Source: an uncultured Chlamydiae bacterium (lineage in GTDB: Bacteria; Chlamydiota; Chlamydiia; Chlamydiales; Parachlamydiaceae). Taken from it: 64,000 bases of DNA. A program made the position numbers and the translations under genes. Positions 1 to 10,068 of the stretch are shown one piece after another. The stretch lies in NCBI GenBank assembly GCA_963754655.1, contig CAVWGN010000001.1, positions 736,001-800,000 on the forward strand, written 5' to 3'. The first letter of the stretch is position 1; every line of letters begins with the position of its first letter. Under the pieces are notes generated by a model. The model had not been told where the DNA came from and made no database searches. It worked only from the letters and a program-made list of their open reading frames with translations.

Positions 1-219
1 CCCCTAATTATCAAAGAATGTATGCTGATAGAACCTACTGAAAGTGAATCGAAGAGAACTCTGGATCTTTTCGTTGAAATTATTCGGCAAATTGTGCAGG
101 AAATTCAACAGACGCCAGAAATTGTTAAGCAAGCGCCTCATCGGCAATCTGTTTCGCGTTTAGATGAGGTTCAGGCTGCCAAACATCCCATTTTAAAGCA
201 TGAAACCAAGAAAACTTAG
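1..219 (+). CDS. gcvPB: Glycine dehydrogenase (decarboxylating) subunit 2, C-terminal part (5' truncated by window)
   Basis: Open frame from base 1; MLIEPTESESKRTLD...APH...RLDEVQAAKHP matches the GcvPB C-terminus. Confidence 0.9.
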   Translation, partial: PLIIKECMLIEPTESESKRTLDLFVEIIRQIVQEIQQTPEIVKQAPHRQSVSRLDEVQAAKHPILKHETKKT

Positions 220-224
220 GAAAG

Positions 225-470
225 TTAACGCCTTCTGATTTTTTTAACTGTTTCAAAATAAGTCCAATAACAGCACATGCCAATGAGAAAACTCAAATAC
301 ATATAGCGGATATCACTGATCATGGGATTTTGCGCAAAGAAAAGAAGAAGAATCCAAGGAAAAAACAAAGTGATGAGAAGATAAGCTGGTGGAGGGGAGA
401 CATACTTGGCTATAGGGATGCATGCCAAAATTCCCACACTAAAAGAAGCTAAAATCAATAGAATAAACAT
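225..470 (-). CDS. Small hypothetical membrane protein
   Basis: 81 aa, about three hydrophobic segments, GGAAAG upstream. Confidence 0.5.
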   Translation of the reverse strand: MFILLILASFSVGILACIPIAKYVSPPPAYLLITLFFPWILLLFFAQNPMISDIRYMYLSFLIGMCCYWTYFETVKKIRRR

Positions 471-497
471 TTCACTTTCCTTGGTTAATTTCTATCC

Positions 498-851
498 TTA
501 AGAATCCTTGCCGCGCGTTAAGTAAAAATACTTAATCAACATGCGCACTAAATAAATGCTTAATGAGGCACAAGCAAACAGCCATAATCCTCCATATAAG
601 AATTCAACAGGATGGCGATAAGCAAGAAAAAAAAGATCTGTCCCCCATTGACGTGCAGCATAAATGCCTATGCCCACAGTCAATAAATACAATCCAAAAA
701 ATAGACTTCCCAAACAGAGGGTCATCCATATTTTGCGATTAAAATCTTTGAAAAGCAGCTTGAAAGACCATCCTCGTTTTAAATGCTGAAAGGTATAACA
801 GGCAAGTGCACACACTGCGATCAATCCTAAAATCAGAATCAAATAAATCAT
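498..851 (-). CDS. Hypothetical membrane protein
   Basis: 117 aa, three TM-like segments, basic C-terminus. Confidence 0.65.
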   Translation of the reverse strand: MIYLILILGLIAVCALACYTFQHLKRGWSFKLLFKDFNRKIWMTLCLGSLFFGLYLLTVGIGIYAARQWGTDLFFLAYRHPVEFLYGGLWLFACASLSIYLVRMLIKYFYLTRGKDS

Positions 852-1071
852 TGGTTTAACTACCCTATCGCACTACTGATAGAAAGAGGCTTATTTCTTG
901 AAATGCCAGAAAAAATTCATTTTCCACTAGAGAATAAATTTAATAAAACAAAAATAAGTTGTGTTGATTGACAAAATTTAATTTTGGTCTTGAAATTAGA
1001 TTTTAAAGCTGTTTTAATCATTGAAAATGATTAACAATCACATTAATTCAACAATTATATAGGTCATATTC

Positions 1072-1677
1072 ATGAAAACAAAAATGGCGATCTCTCTTCA
1101 TGCAGAACAGCCTGTTGCTTGGTATTCACAAGGACTACACGTTTTGTTAGGAGGACTGTATATTGCTTTATTGTCTCAAATTGAAATTCCATTGAAGCCC
1201 ATTCCCGTTACTTTGCAAACATTTGCAATTTTTAGTTTGGCTATTTTTCAAGGTAGCCAAAAATCTTTCTTTTCTCTTCTTCTTTATCTCTTGGCAGCCA
1301 CCATGGGGCTTCCCGTTTTTCCTGTTGCTTATACAGATCCATTATGGATTCTTCAGCCTTGGGCTGGATATTGCTTAAGCTTCCCTTTAGCTGCTTATCT
1401 CTGTGGAAGGTTTGCAGAAGTTGGAAATCCTCCATCTTTAATACGCATGATACTGGGATTATGCTTAGCCCAGCTTACGATCTATTTCTTTGGAGTCGCA
1501 TGGCTAAGTTTAGTGGTGGGTTGGCAGCAAGCTTTGATTTTAGGTTTTTATCCTTTCATCCTATTCGACATTGTGAAACTTTTGACGGCATTATCTGTCA
1601 AAATGGCTGCAAAACCTATGGCTAGCTTGTATCAGATGTGCTTAAAAAGGTGGGAGAATTTCTATGCACGCTTCTAA
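1072..1677 (+). CDS. bioY: Biotin transporter BioY (ECF S-component)
   Basis: PIPVTLQTF, YLLAATMGLPVF, G..PFILFDIVK motifs; multi-TM protein. Confidence 0.9.
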   Translation: MKTKMAISLHAEQPVAWYSQGLHVLLGGLYIALLSQIEIPLKPIPVTLQTFAIFSLAIFQGSQKSFFSLLLYLLAATMGLPVFPVAYTDPLWILQPWAGYCLSFPLAAYLCGRFAEVGNPPSLIRMILGLCLAQLTIYFFGVAWLSLVVGWQQALILGFYPFILFDIVKLLTALSVKMAAKPMASLYQMCLKRWENFYARF

Positions 1678-2581
1678 TATTTCTGTAGAAATCAGGGGAG
1701 TCAATGCTCATTATGCAAGTTGTCTAAAACAGCTTGTGAAGGAAGTTAATAATTATAACTTAACAATTTATAGTTATGCAGGAGACGAAAAACATGAACC
1801 GATTTATTATGAGGAAATTGATTTATTTAGGAAAATGGTAGAAAAAGCAAACCTAAATTGTCCAGTCATAGAAATTTGCGATGCAGAATTTTTTCCAAAT
1901 CAATGGAATCCTAAGAATTCCCTTCTTTACATTCCTGGAGCTCCCTCTTCAAAGCTCGATCTCCACCTTGGCTCCAAGGTCACACAAATTCAAGAATTTG
2001 TCAATCAGGGAGGAAGGTTTATAGGATGGTGTGGAGGAGGATATTGGGCATGCCGCGAGGTCCAATATAGAATAGATGAGACGACAATCCTTCATAAAAT
2101 TCGGAATCTTGCTTTTTGGAAAGGAATGGAGAAAGGACCTCTTCTTCCTTTGAAACACCCTGAAAGAGGAAGTGAATACTCTCATGAGACCGTCAAAGTG
2201 AAATGGGCAGGGTCGGAATTATTAAAAAAATATTTGCCGCAGGGATTAGAGCTCAATGTTCTCTTATCAGGCGGTGGATCTTTTATTCCTGCCGATGAAG
2301 AACATTGCTATAAAGTGATTGCAACCTATGGCGATACAGAAAAAGAAAAGGCTCTTGCTGGAGTCAAAATCTACGTTATGGATGGGATAGCCATTTTGAT
2401 GAATCCTTACTTTATATATGGAGCTGAATATTTCAAAAGTGGCTTAGATTTATATGAAAGAGAGCTTTCTAATCATAATTGGTCCAAGATTATTTCTGAT
2501 CTTGAAGGAGAAGAGCTCAAAAGTACTCTTTGCTTTGTTGATATGTTGCTTGAAGCAACGCAAAAGTCTATTTCTAGTTAA
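1664..2581 (+). CDS. BPL_N-domain (class I glutamine-amidotransferase-like) protein
   Basis: LLYIPGA...IQEFVNQGGRFIGWCGGGYWAC, LAFWKG...GP; overlaps the bioY stop. Confidence 0.75.
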   Translation: MHASNISVEIRGVNAHYASCLKQLVKEVNNYNLTIYSYAGDEKHEPIYYEEIDLFRKMVEKANLNCPVIEICDAEFFPNQWNPKNSLLYIPGAPSSKLDLHLGSKVTQIQEFVNQGGRFIGWCGGGYWACREVQYRIDETTILHKIRNLAFWKGMEKGPLLPLKHPERGSEYSHETVKVKWAGSELLKKYLPQGLELNVLLSGGGSFIPADEEHCYKVIATYGDTEKEKALAGVKIYVMDGIAILMNPYFIYGAEYFKSGLDLYERELSNHNWSKIISDLEGEELKSTLCFVDMLLEATQKSISS

Positions 2582-3311
2582 GAAGGCGAATTAAAAGCTG
2601 TTCAAAAAAACGCTTTCTCTTTTCTTCATAGGGAGCAAGCGCTTGCATCATCGCCTGTTTGAAAGGAACCGGCTGTGAATGGACAGCCCCCATTTCAATA
2701 TGCACACCAGAAAGAATGACTTTGCCTTTACCTACTGGAATCTCGATAATGGCTGCAGGATGACCCTCAATATCGAGATATCGTGAAAGTACTTTCACAT
2801 GGGCGTATTGTTCAGCCTCTACAAAATAGCAGCCTCCATTATAATAGCTCCTTAAAGTTTCTTCCTCTAAGTGATTTGAAATAAGCGCTGCTCGGGCTCC
2901 GAACTCGCTTTGATAACGAAAGGTATCTAAACCATAAGCAGGACCGCGAGCAATTCCTGGAAAAAAAGCTAGCTCTCTTGAACCGACCACTTCGAGTTTT
3001 CTTCCCAGATCAAATTCTACTTTTCCACAGCCATAATAGGCGCCGGCACAAATCCCCAAGAAAGAACCGCCATTTTCAACATACCTTTTAATGCGTTGAT
3101 TGCCTTCACCTTTTAAAGACAGATGAAAGGGAATATCTCGTCCGCCTGGCAGAACCAGCAGTGAAGTATCCAATCCCCAAGGAGTACGAATGATCTCTTG
3201 AGAAGTAATAAAGGTGGAAGTCCATTTCGATAATTCATTAAGAAGCAAAGGGAGGCATTTCTTCTCTACTCCCTTATCTTTATAAATTTTAATTGAATTT
3301 ACTTGTTGCAT
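2574..3311 (-). CDS. BPL_N-domain (biotin-protein ligase N-terminal-like) protein
   Basis: LLVLPGGRD, YVENGGSFLGICAGAYYG, RELAFFPGIARGP, YYNGGCYF, GKGKVILSGVHIE. Confidence 0.9.
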   Translation of the reverse strand: MQQVNSIKIYKDKGVEKKCLPLLLNELSKWTSTFITSQEIIRTPWGLDTSLLVLPGGRDIPFHLSLKGEGNQRIKRYVENGGSFLGICAGAYYGCGKVEFDLGRKLEVVGSRELAFFPGIARGPAYGLDTFRYQSEFGARAALISNHLEEETLRSYYNGGCYFVEAEQYAHVKVLSRYLDIEGHPAAIIEIPVGKGKVILSGVHIEMGAVHSQPVPFKQAMMQALAPYEEKRKRFFEQLLIRLLN

Positions 3312-3772
3312 TTGCTCATATGAGTCATATGTTTAGCAATGATAGTACCTTTAGTAGCTGTTTCAATCAACTCTCTCTTAAAATCATTTTCAGAAGCTTT
3401 CTGACCGTAAGACAGTTCGCTAATCATATTTGTAGCACTATTAAGTGCTATTTTATCGACAAATACTTGTAGATTTTGAGCAGCTTTGTGCATATCCCAT
3501 CCAAGGACGCCTACACCAAGGCTTGTGACCGTTCCCGCCAAAGCTAACAGGGGGCCGACATAAGGAATGTCCCCAGCTATATAACTTACCGCGATACCTA
3601 TGATACCGCCCCCTATAGCTAGCTTGCCAACCAAATCCATTTTAGCAGTATCGGCAGCAATCTGAGCGATTTGTTGTCGCGCTGGAACTTGAGCCTTTCC
3701 TTGGGAATAATAAGCTTCCATAATGTGGTCAAAAGTGTTATCAATCATAACGTTGTTAATTTGAGAAAACAT
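3299..3772 (-). CDS. Hypothetical protein with bilobed hydrophobic segment (Inc-like candidate)
   Basis: ATG at 3772 with AGGAGGAG RBS; about 45-aa two-lobed hydrophobic stretch. Confidence 0.65.
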   Translation of the reverse strand: MFSQINNVMIDNTFDHIMEAYYSQGKAQVPARQQIAQIAADTAKMDLVGKLAIGGGIIGIAVSYIAGDIPYVGPLLALAGTVTSLGVGVLGWDMHKAAQNLQVFVDKIALNSATNMISELSYGQKASENDFKRELIETATKGTIIAKHMTHMSKCNK

Positions 3773-4022
3773 AATCTCCTCCTTTTTTAAAATTAAAATT
3801 AGCAAGTTTAAATTATCATATGATCAATCAGGAGGCAATATGAAATTCGAATTAAAAATCTTGATAAACATTGCTATTCTAGTTTTTCCAGATATCCGGA
3901 CGAAGGAAACAGTATCTGAATAGTTTATCCATAATTTTAAATTTGCGGAATTTCACTTAGATGTCAGTTGTATAAGAGTTTGCTCAAACCAATCATCTTT
4001 AGAGTAAATTTCATTTGAGCTT

Positions 4023-4640
4023 ACGCTTGGGCGGGTGTGATTAATTTTTTAGCAGATCAATACGAAATGGTAGGGCGGTGGTAGCCGCTTTTAGTGGGAA
4101 GCCCCGTATGAAACGAGCTTGCGAGTGGAATGCGGGGTGGGCATCAATAAAATATAAACCGCGGAAGCGGTGTGAGTGATCTTACGCTGCTTCCGCAGCT
4201 CAATGCTATCTTGCCTACACCCCGCATTCCGCTCGCAAGCTCGCTTCATACGGGGCTTCCCACTGAAAGCGGCTACCGCCGCTCTACCATTTCGTATCGA
4301 TCTGCTAAAAATATAAACTTCCAGATTTAATCACACCCCCGCTTGGGCTGTGGGCTAAAAAAAGAATAGGGCAAGCGCTAAAATTTAAGCCTTAAAGCAC
4401 TTAAAATGATAGCTGAAGTTTTGCAAATGTGAAATTATCTCATTTGATCACGCAATCTTGTACAATTGTTAATCTTTTCCTCTTCTGCCTGAGAAAGTAG
4501 TGATGATGCTCTTTTTTAGTGGCTTACATTTGATTGTGCAACCAGTAGATTGAAATTTGCAAAACTTCAGCTATCATTTGAAGTGCTTTAGGCTTAAATT
4601 TAGCGCTTGCGCTATTCTTTTTTAGCCCACAGCCAAGCGT
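4023..4640. mobile_element. MITE-like element B (about 90-bp imperfect TIRs) with element A inserted in its left end
   Basis: ACGCTTGG(G)CTGTGGGCTAAAAAAAGAATAG...TTTGCAAAT is mirrored by ATTTGCAAAA...CTATTCTTTTTTTAGCCCACAGCCAAGCGT. Confidence 0.75.
4033..4338. mobile_element. Palindromic MITE family A, copy 1
   Basis: TIR GGGTGTGATTAA/TTAATCACACCC; flanking direct repeat GCTTGGGC (4025-4032 and 4341-4348); near-identical to 14476-14797. Confidence 0.85.
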
Positions 4641-4697
4641 CAGCGCAGCTGTGGGGTCAGGAGAAAACTGATTGTTCCCAGAGGGGGACGTCGTGCG

Positions 4698-5038
4698 CCC
4701 GGGTTGGGATGAGATGATTCTCTTGTAGTCCTTCAGACTACATGACGAGGGTTAATCTAACCCAGGGCGATGCCCTGGGCTATTTTTATTTGAAGCCTTT
4801 CAGGCTCTGAACAATTAGACATCTTTTTATTAACCGTCTCTAAATGATTGTGGAGTATGTACCATTTAATAAGGCATGGCCCTACAATCGTTATAGAAGG
4901 AGTTCTTTCAAAAATGTCCAATGTTCAGAGCCTGAAAGGCTTCAAATAAAAATAGCCCAGGGCATCGCCCTAGGTTAGATTAACCCTCGTCATGTAGTCT
5001 GAAGGACTACAAGAGAATCCTCTCATCCCAACCCCCGG
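4698..5038. repeat. Palindromic REP-doublet element C
   Basis: About 115-bp inverted arms GGTTGGGATGAGA...CCCAGGGCGATGCCCTGGGCTA...GCCTTTCAGGCTC around a ~100-bp spacer; also at ~38356, ~48298 and ~55223. Confidence 0.9.
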
Positions 5039-5040
5039 GG

Positions 5041-5493
5041 CTAGGGTGTTCATTTTGTGCAAAAAATGAGCTTTATTTTTCACAATAATTGGCATAATTA
5101 AATTAAAGGTCGCATGTTTATGCCGTCCTTTCAGGACTCGATGTCTTTTTGATAGAACCCAGGCCTCCGCTTCGCTGCGACCTGGGCTGTAACATGACGG
5201 CCCTTCAGGCCTTAACAAAAAGATGATTTAGGGTCTATAGAAGAGGGACTTAAACATCTCTTGTTAAGGCCTGAAGGGCCGTCATGTTACAGCCCAGGTC
5301 GTAGCGAAGCGGAGGCCTGGGTTCTATCAAAAAGACATCGAGTCCTGAAAGGACGGCATAAACATGCGACCTTTAATTTAATTATGCCAATTATTGTGAA
5401 AAATAAAGCTCATTTTTTGCACAAAATGAACACCCTAGCCCCGGGGCTTTGAAGCAGTTCCAATGGGCAAAAACTAATGTGGTTGAGTACTAG
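5041..5493. mobile_element. Palindromic element D (shell CTAGGGTGTTCATTTT, containing shell G and REP doublet F) followed by the right arm of shell E
   Basis: 5041-5438 is a near-perfect ~400-bp palindrome bounded by CTAG; 5439-5493 reads ...GGCAAAAACTAATGTGGTTGAGTACTAG. Confidence 0.9.
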
Positions 5494-5539
5494 CTCGGAG
5501 CGAAAATTGACTGTTTTGCATAGCACAACCAATCTTTAG

Positions 5540-8500
5540 CTATTTCTGTTTTACCCTGATAGGTTGAGGGATTAGCCTTTGCCTTCTGAAAAAATCAGGC
5601 ATGAAATAGAACGGACTTGAAAAAAGTTGGTACAAAGCTGGCAACACTAAAAGAGTCAACAGTGTTGAACTGATCAATCCGCCAATGACAACTGTTGCCA
5701 GGGGTTTTTGGACTTCAGCTCCTGTGCCTGTTGCCAATGCCATCGGAATAAAGCCCAGAGAGGCGACAAGGGCGGTCATTAAGACGGGGCGAAAACGAGT
5801 GAGTGCTCCCTGCATAATGGCGTCATTTAATTCTTTTCCCTCTTGCCTTAATTGATTGATGTAGGTGACAAGGACTAATCCATTGAGTACGGCAATTCCC
5901 GAAAGAGCAATAAACCCAACGGATGCAGTAATAGAAAAGGGCATATCGCGTAGCCATAAAGCAAGAATACCGCCCGTTAAAGCTAAAGGAACACCCGTAA
6001 AAACTAGAAAGGCATTTTTAAAAGAGTTAAAAGCAGTATATAAAAGGAGAAAAATTAAACCAAAGCAAAGAGGGACGACGAGAAGCAAGCGGTTGCGGGC
6101 GGAAATCAAATTTTCAAATTGTCCTCCCCAAGTCAACCAATACCCATCAGGAAGAGAAACTTTCTCATCAATTTCTTGTTTGGCCATTTCCACAAATGAG
6201 CCCAAATCTGTGCCTCTGACATTTGCTTCTACAGAAATAAAACGTTTGCCATTTTCACGGCTGATTTCGTTCAATCCATCGGTAATGTTCAAATGGGCAA
6301 TTTCTCCCAATAAGACTGGTTGAATCTGTGCCCGGCGTTCATGAGGCAAAGGAATCGGTAAGCGATGCAAACTATCGAAATCTTCTCTAATGGCATCGGG
6401 TAATTTGACAATGAGATCAAAACGACGGTCACCTTCAAAAATTTGTCCTGCTTTTCCTCCACCCATGGCAACTGAAATAACGTCCAAGGCATCAGAAACA
6501 TTAAGCCCATACAAGCTTGCTTTTTCACGATCGATTTGAATATCTAATAGGGGAAGTCCGTTCACTTGCTCAACTTTAACATCGGCTGCTCCTGGAATTG
6601 TATTTAAGGTGTGGGCAATCTCTTGGGCTGTCTGTTGCATCTTTTCAAAGTTGTCCCCATAGACTTTGATAGCTAAGTCGCTTCTTACGCCAGAAATAAG
6701 CTCATTGAAACGCATCTCAATGGGTTGTGTAAATTCATAATTATTGCCAGGCAGCTGAGTGACTACCTCTTGAATCTTTTCAATCAGATTCTCTTTCGAT
6801 AAGCTTGGATCTGGCCACTCTTCTCGGGGATTTAAGATAATAAAAGTATCGGACACATTTGGAGGCATGGGGTCAGATGCCATTTCTGCTGTTCCCGTTT
6901 TTGAATACACGTAGGCAACTTCTGGGAGCTTTTTCAGCGTGCGTTCAACTTCCATTTGCATTTCAGTCGATTGTGTTAAAGAAGTACTGGGAATGCGCAT
7001 GGCATGCATGGCAATGTCTCTTTCGTCCAAGGTAGGCACAAATTCTTCTCCTAGCTTGGAAAATAAGGAGAAGGAGAGGGCAACAATCATGACGGCAAGT
7101 GTTGTGACCAACCAAGGCGCTTGCAACGTTTTGGCTAGAAGAAACTGATAGGGGCGTTTAAGTTTGGAGACCAATCCATTTTCTTTTTCGCTGAGGGGCC
7201 CATTGGCAAAAAGGGCAATCATGGCGGGAACAAAGGTGAGTGACAAAATAAAAGCACCGATAAGAGCGAAAATAACGGTAAGGGCCATGGGATGAAACAT
7301 TTTGCCTTCTACACCAGAAAGAGCCAAGATGGGAATATAGACAGTAATAATAATCCCTTGTCCAAAAACAGAGGGTTGAATCATTTCACGGCTGGCGATG
7401 AGGACCTCTTGGCAGCGCTCTTGAAAATTGAGCATACGCCCTAGCTCATGCTGTTTTTGAGCTAAACGCCTTAAGCAATTCTCTGTGATAATAATCGCGC
7501 CATCTACGATAAGTCCAAAGTCAATGGCGCCTAGGCTCATCAAATTCCCGCTGATTTTCGTGTGTACCATTCCAATGGCAGTCATGAGCATTGATAAAGG
7601 AATCACTAAAGCAGCGATTAAAGCTGCTCGAAAATAGCCCAAAAAGGCGAATAGAACCGAAATGACTAAAATCGCTCCTTCACCTAGATTTCTGGAAACA
7701 GTATGAATAGTGGCATTGACTAATTTCGTGCGATTGAGAACGGCTTTGGCTTGAATATCAGCCGGCAAAGTTTTGTTGATTACCTGCAATTTAGCATCCA
7801 CTGCTTGTGAAACAAGGCGGCTATTGGCTCCAATTAGCATAAGAGCGGTGCCAACAACTACTTCATGACCGTTTTCCGTCGCGCTGCCTGTGCGCATTTC
7901 TTTGCCAAGGCCTACCGTGGCAATATCTCGAATGCGGATGGGAATTCCCTCGCGATTGGCTATGATAATCGTTTCAACTTCCTCAAGCTTTTCTATTCGT
8001 TCATCAGATTTGACAAAAAGTGATTCTCCTCCTTTTTCAATATAGCCAGGACCAATGCTTGTATTGTTTTCTTTCAAAGTTTTAATGATTCTTTGAAAAC
8101 TCAGACCCAAAGCTGCCATTTTTTCAATGTTGGGTTCAATATGATATTGACGGACATAGCCTCCAATAGAATCAATGCCCGCTAGCCCTTGAATGCCTTT
8201 CAGTTGGGGCTTAATTATCCAGTCCTGAATTGTCCTTAAGTAAGAGGCTTTTTCAGCATCAGTTTTCAGAAGAAGTCCCTCAGAAGTTAAATAAGCACCC
8301 CCTTTTTGCCATCCTGGTTTGCCAGTTTTAATTTTCGCTCCTATTCCATTGGGATGTTTGAAATTCACTGTCCACATATAAATTTCGCCAAGACCTGTTG
8401 AAATAGGACCCATAGAAGGTTCCGCTTCATCTGGCAGATGTTCTTTGATTTCGCTAAGTCTTTCATTGATTTGTTGCCTTGCAAAGTAGACATTGACATC

Positions 8501-8797
8501 GTCGTCGAAGATGGCCGTGACTTGTGAGAATCCATTGCGTGAAAGCGAACGAGTCATTTGCAGACCAGGAATTCCTGCCAATGCTGTTTCGATCACATAC
8601 GTGACTTGTTCTTCTATTTGAATGGGTGAAAAGCCGGGCAAAAGGGTATTAATTTGGACTTGATTATTGGTAATATCGGGAACGGCATCGATGGGCAAGC
8701 GTGTAAAAGAGTAAATGCCATAGCCTGCCACGAGAAGTGTAAAAAGTAAAACCCTAAAGGGATGAGAAATAGAAAATTCTAAAATCTTATTCATCAT
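5540..8797 (-). CDS. czcA: CusA/CzcA family heavy-metal efflux RND transporter
   Basis: LPIDAVPDITNNQVQI, NLMSLGAIDFGLIVDGAIII, RFRPVLMTALVASLGFIPMA; 1085 aa. Confidence 0.95.
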   Translation of the reverse strand: MMNKILEFSISHPFRVLLFTLLVAGYGIYSFTRLPIDAVPDITNNQVQINTLLPGFSPIQIEEQVTYVIETALAGIPGLQMTRSLSRNGFSQVTAIFDDDVNVYFARQQINERLSEIKEHLPDEAEPSMGPISTGLGEIYMWTVNFKHPNGIGAKIKTGKPGWQKGGAYLTSEGLLLKTDAEKASYLRTIQDWIIKPQLKGIQGLAGIDSIGGYVRQYHIEPNIEKMAALGLSFQRIIKTLKENNTSIGPGYIEKGGESLFVKSDERIEKLEEVETIIIANREGIPIRIRDIATVGLGKEMRTGSATENGHEVVVGTALMLIGANSRLVSQAVDAKLQVINKTLPADIQAKAVLNRTKLVNATIHTVSRNLGEGAILVISVLFAFLGYFRAALIAALVIPLSMLMTAIGMVHTKISGNLMSLGAIDFGLIVDGAIIITENCLRRLAQKQHELGRMLNFQERCQEVLIASREMIQPSVFGQGIIITVYIPILALSGVEGKMFHPMALTVIFALIGAFILSLTFVPAMIALFANGPLSEKENGLVSKLKRPYQFLLAKTLQAPWLVTTLAVMIVALSFSLFSKLGEEFVPTLDERDIAMHAMRIPSTSLTQSTEMQMEVERTLKKLPEVAYVYSKTGTAEMASDPMPPNVSDTFIILNPREEWPDPSLSKENLIEKIQEVVTQLPGNNYEFTQPIEMRFNELISGVRSDLAIKVYGDNFEKMQQTAQEIAHTLNTIPGAADVKVEQVNGLPLLDIQIDREKASLYGLNVSDALDVISVAMGGGKAGQIFEGDRRFDLIVKLPDAIREDFDSLHRLPIPLPHERRAQIQPVLLGEIAHLNITDGLNEISRENGKRFISVEANVRGTDLGSFVEMAKQEIDEKVSLPDGYWLTWGGQFENLISARNRLLLVVPLCFGLIFLLLYTAFNSFKNAFLVFTGVPLALTGGILALWLRDMPFSITASVGFIALSGIAVLNGLVLVTYINQLRQEGKELNDAIMQGALTRFRPVLMTALVASLGFIPMALATGTGAEVQKPLATVVIGGLISSTLLTLLVLPALYQLFSSPFYFMPDFFRRQRLIPQPIRVKQK

Positions 8798-10061
8798 CTT
8801 TTGCCGATTCTTTTTTCATTTCAGCTTTTAATAAAAAAGATTGATTAATGACATACTTTTCGCCTGGAAGCAATCCGGCTAGAACTTCGACATTGTCATG
8901 ATCGTTTCGGCCTAATTGAAGAGATCTTTTTTCAAAACCTTTGTCAGTGGATACGAAAGCACAGTCTATACCATCCATTTTCTGAATAGCCTGTTTAGAA
9001 ATCAAAAGAGGACAGGCAATGGAGTCAGTTGCGATATTGACTTTGACAAACATTCCGGGTCGCCAGGCTCCATGCGCATTATCTAAGAGAGCAATGGCCT
9101 TGGCTGTAAGGGTTTCATGGGCAACGACCGGGCTGACATAAATCAATCTAGCCTGTGCCGATTGATGGATGTCAGGATTAATCACCTCCACCATTTGACC
9201 TTCTTGAATGCGATGAAGATCTTTAGGATAAATTCCTGCTTCTACCCATACGTGATTGAAATCGGCGATCTCATAGATGATCGTTGTATGATCAATGTGT
9301 TCTCCTTGAGTAATATGGCGCATAATGACTGTGCCATCAATGGGAGCATAAAGGGTGTAGTAGCGTAAATTAGGATCGTGATGATTTGCTAGACGCTTGA
9401 GCTCTCCTTCCTGAATGCCCAACGCTTGCAATTTTTGAATCGCCAGTTGCAAGTTAATGCGTGCCTCATCATAGGCACTTTGAGCATTTAAGAGATCTTG
9501 GCCTGCTGAAACACCCTGACGAAAAAGCTTGTTTTCACGCTGTAAATGGGATAAAGCGAGAGTTTCTTTATTCAAAGCCATTAAATACGTCGCTTTAAAA
9601 TCGGCCATTTCTTCGCTTTCTAAAATGGCAAGGACTTCTCCTTTGCGAACATGGTTGCCAATATTTTTTCGCGCCTCTTTAGCAATGCCTGAGATCTTTG
9701 GAATGATATGGGCTAAGCAATCAGGATCAGTAGTGATTTTTCCCGTGGTCGATAAAGTTTGAAGCATGTTTCCTGAAGCTGCCATTTGAAGTTTTAATCC
9801 GGTTTTTTGGATTTGATCATTGGTGAGTTTAACAATGAGTTCTTCCTCATGATCAGTCTCATGGTCATTTTGAGGTTCTTGATCAAGAGAACGTTCTTTT
9901 TCCTCATTTTCCATTTGTTGAGAGGCTCTCTGCTGCTGCTTTTGAAGCAACAGTTTGGCAAAGGTCTTATCTACATCGATGGCATTTTCTGGGTAGAGTG
10001 TAAATAAGGCAATTGCTGCAATGACTAAAACACATAAAAGAAAAATAATCATTTTTTTCAT
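8787..10061 (-). CDS. czcB: RND efflux periplasmic adaptor subunit (CzcB-like)
   Basis: N-terminal TM, lipoyl-like halves, APIDGTV, WRPGMFV, VEVLAGL..GE; between czcC and czcA. Confidence 0.9.
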   Translation of the reverse strand: MKKMIIFLLCVLVIAAIALFTLYPENAIDVDKTFAKLLLQKQQQRASQQMENEEKERSLDQEPQNDHETDHEEELIVKLTNDQIQKTGLKLQMAASGNMLQTLSTTGKITTDPDCLAHIIPKISGIAKEARKNIGNHVRKGEVLAILESEEMADFKATYLMALNKETLALSHLQRENKLFRQGVSAGQDLLNAQSAYDEARINLQLAIQKLQALGIQEGELKRLANHHDPNLRYYTLYAPIDGTVIMRHITQGEHIDHTTIIYEIADFNHVWVEAGIYPKDLHRIQEGQMVEVINPDIHQSAQARLIYVSPVVAHETLTAKAIALLDNAHGAWRPGMFVKVNIATDSIACPLLISKQAIQKMDGIDCAFVSTDKGFEKRSLQLGRNDHDNVEVLAGLLPGEKYVINQSFLLKAEMKKESAKDDE

Positions 10062-10068
10062 AGATAAC

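Noticed and set aside
900..1071. BirA operator upstream of bioY
   Set aside because: No convincing TGTAAAC-N14/16-GTTTACA palindrome seen
4970..5452. Recurrent ORFs 'MLRPEGPSCYSPGRSEAEAW...' (also 25381, 26670, 38550, 55282, 55705)
   Set aside because: They are translations of the F/G/D palindrome arms on both strands, mostly with TTG starts, no RBS and variable ends; not supported as proteins
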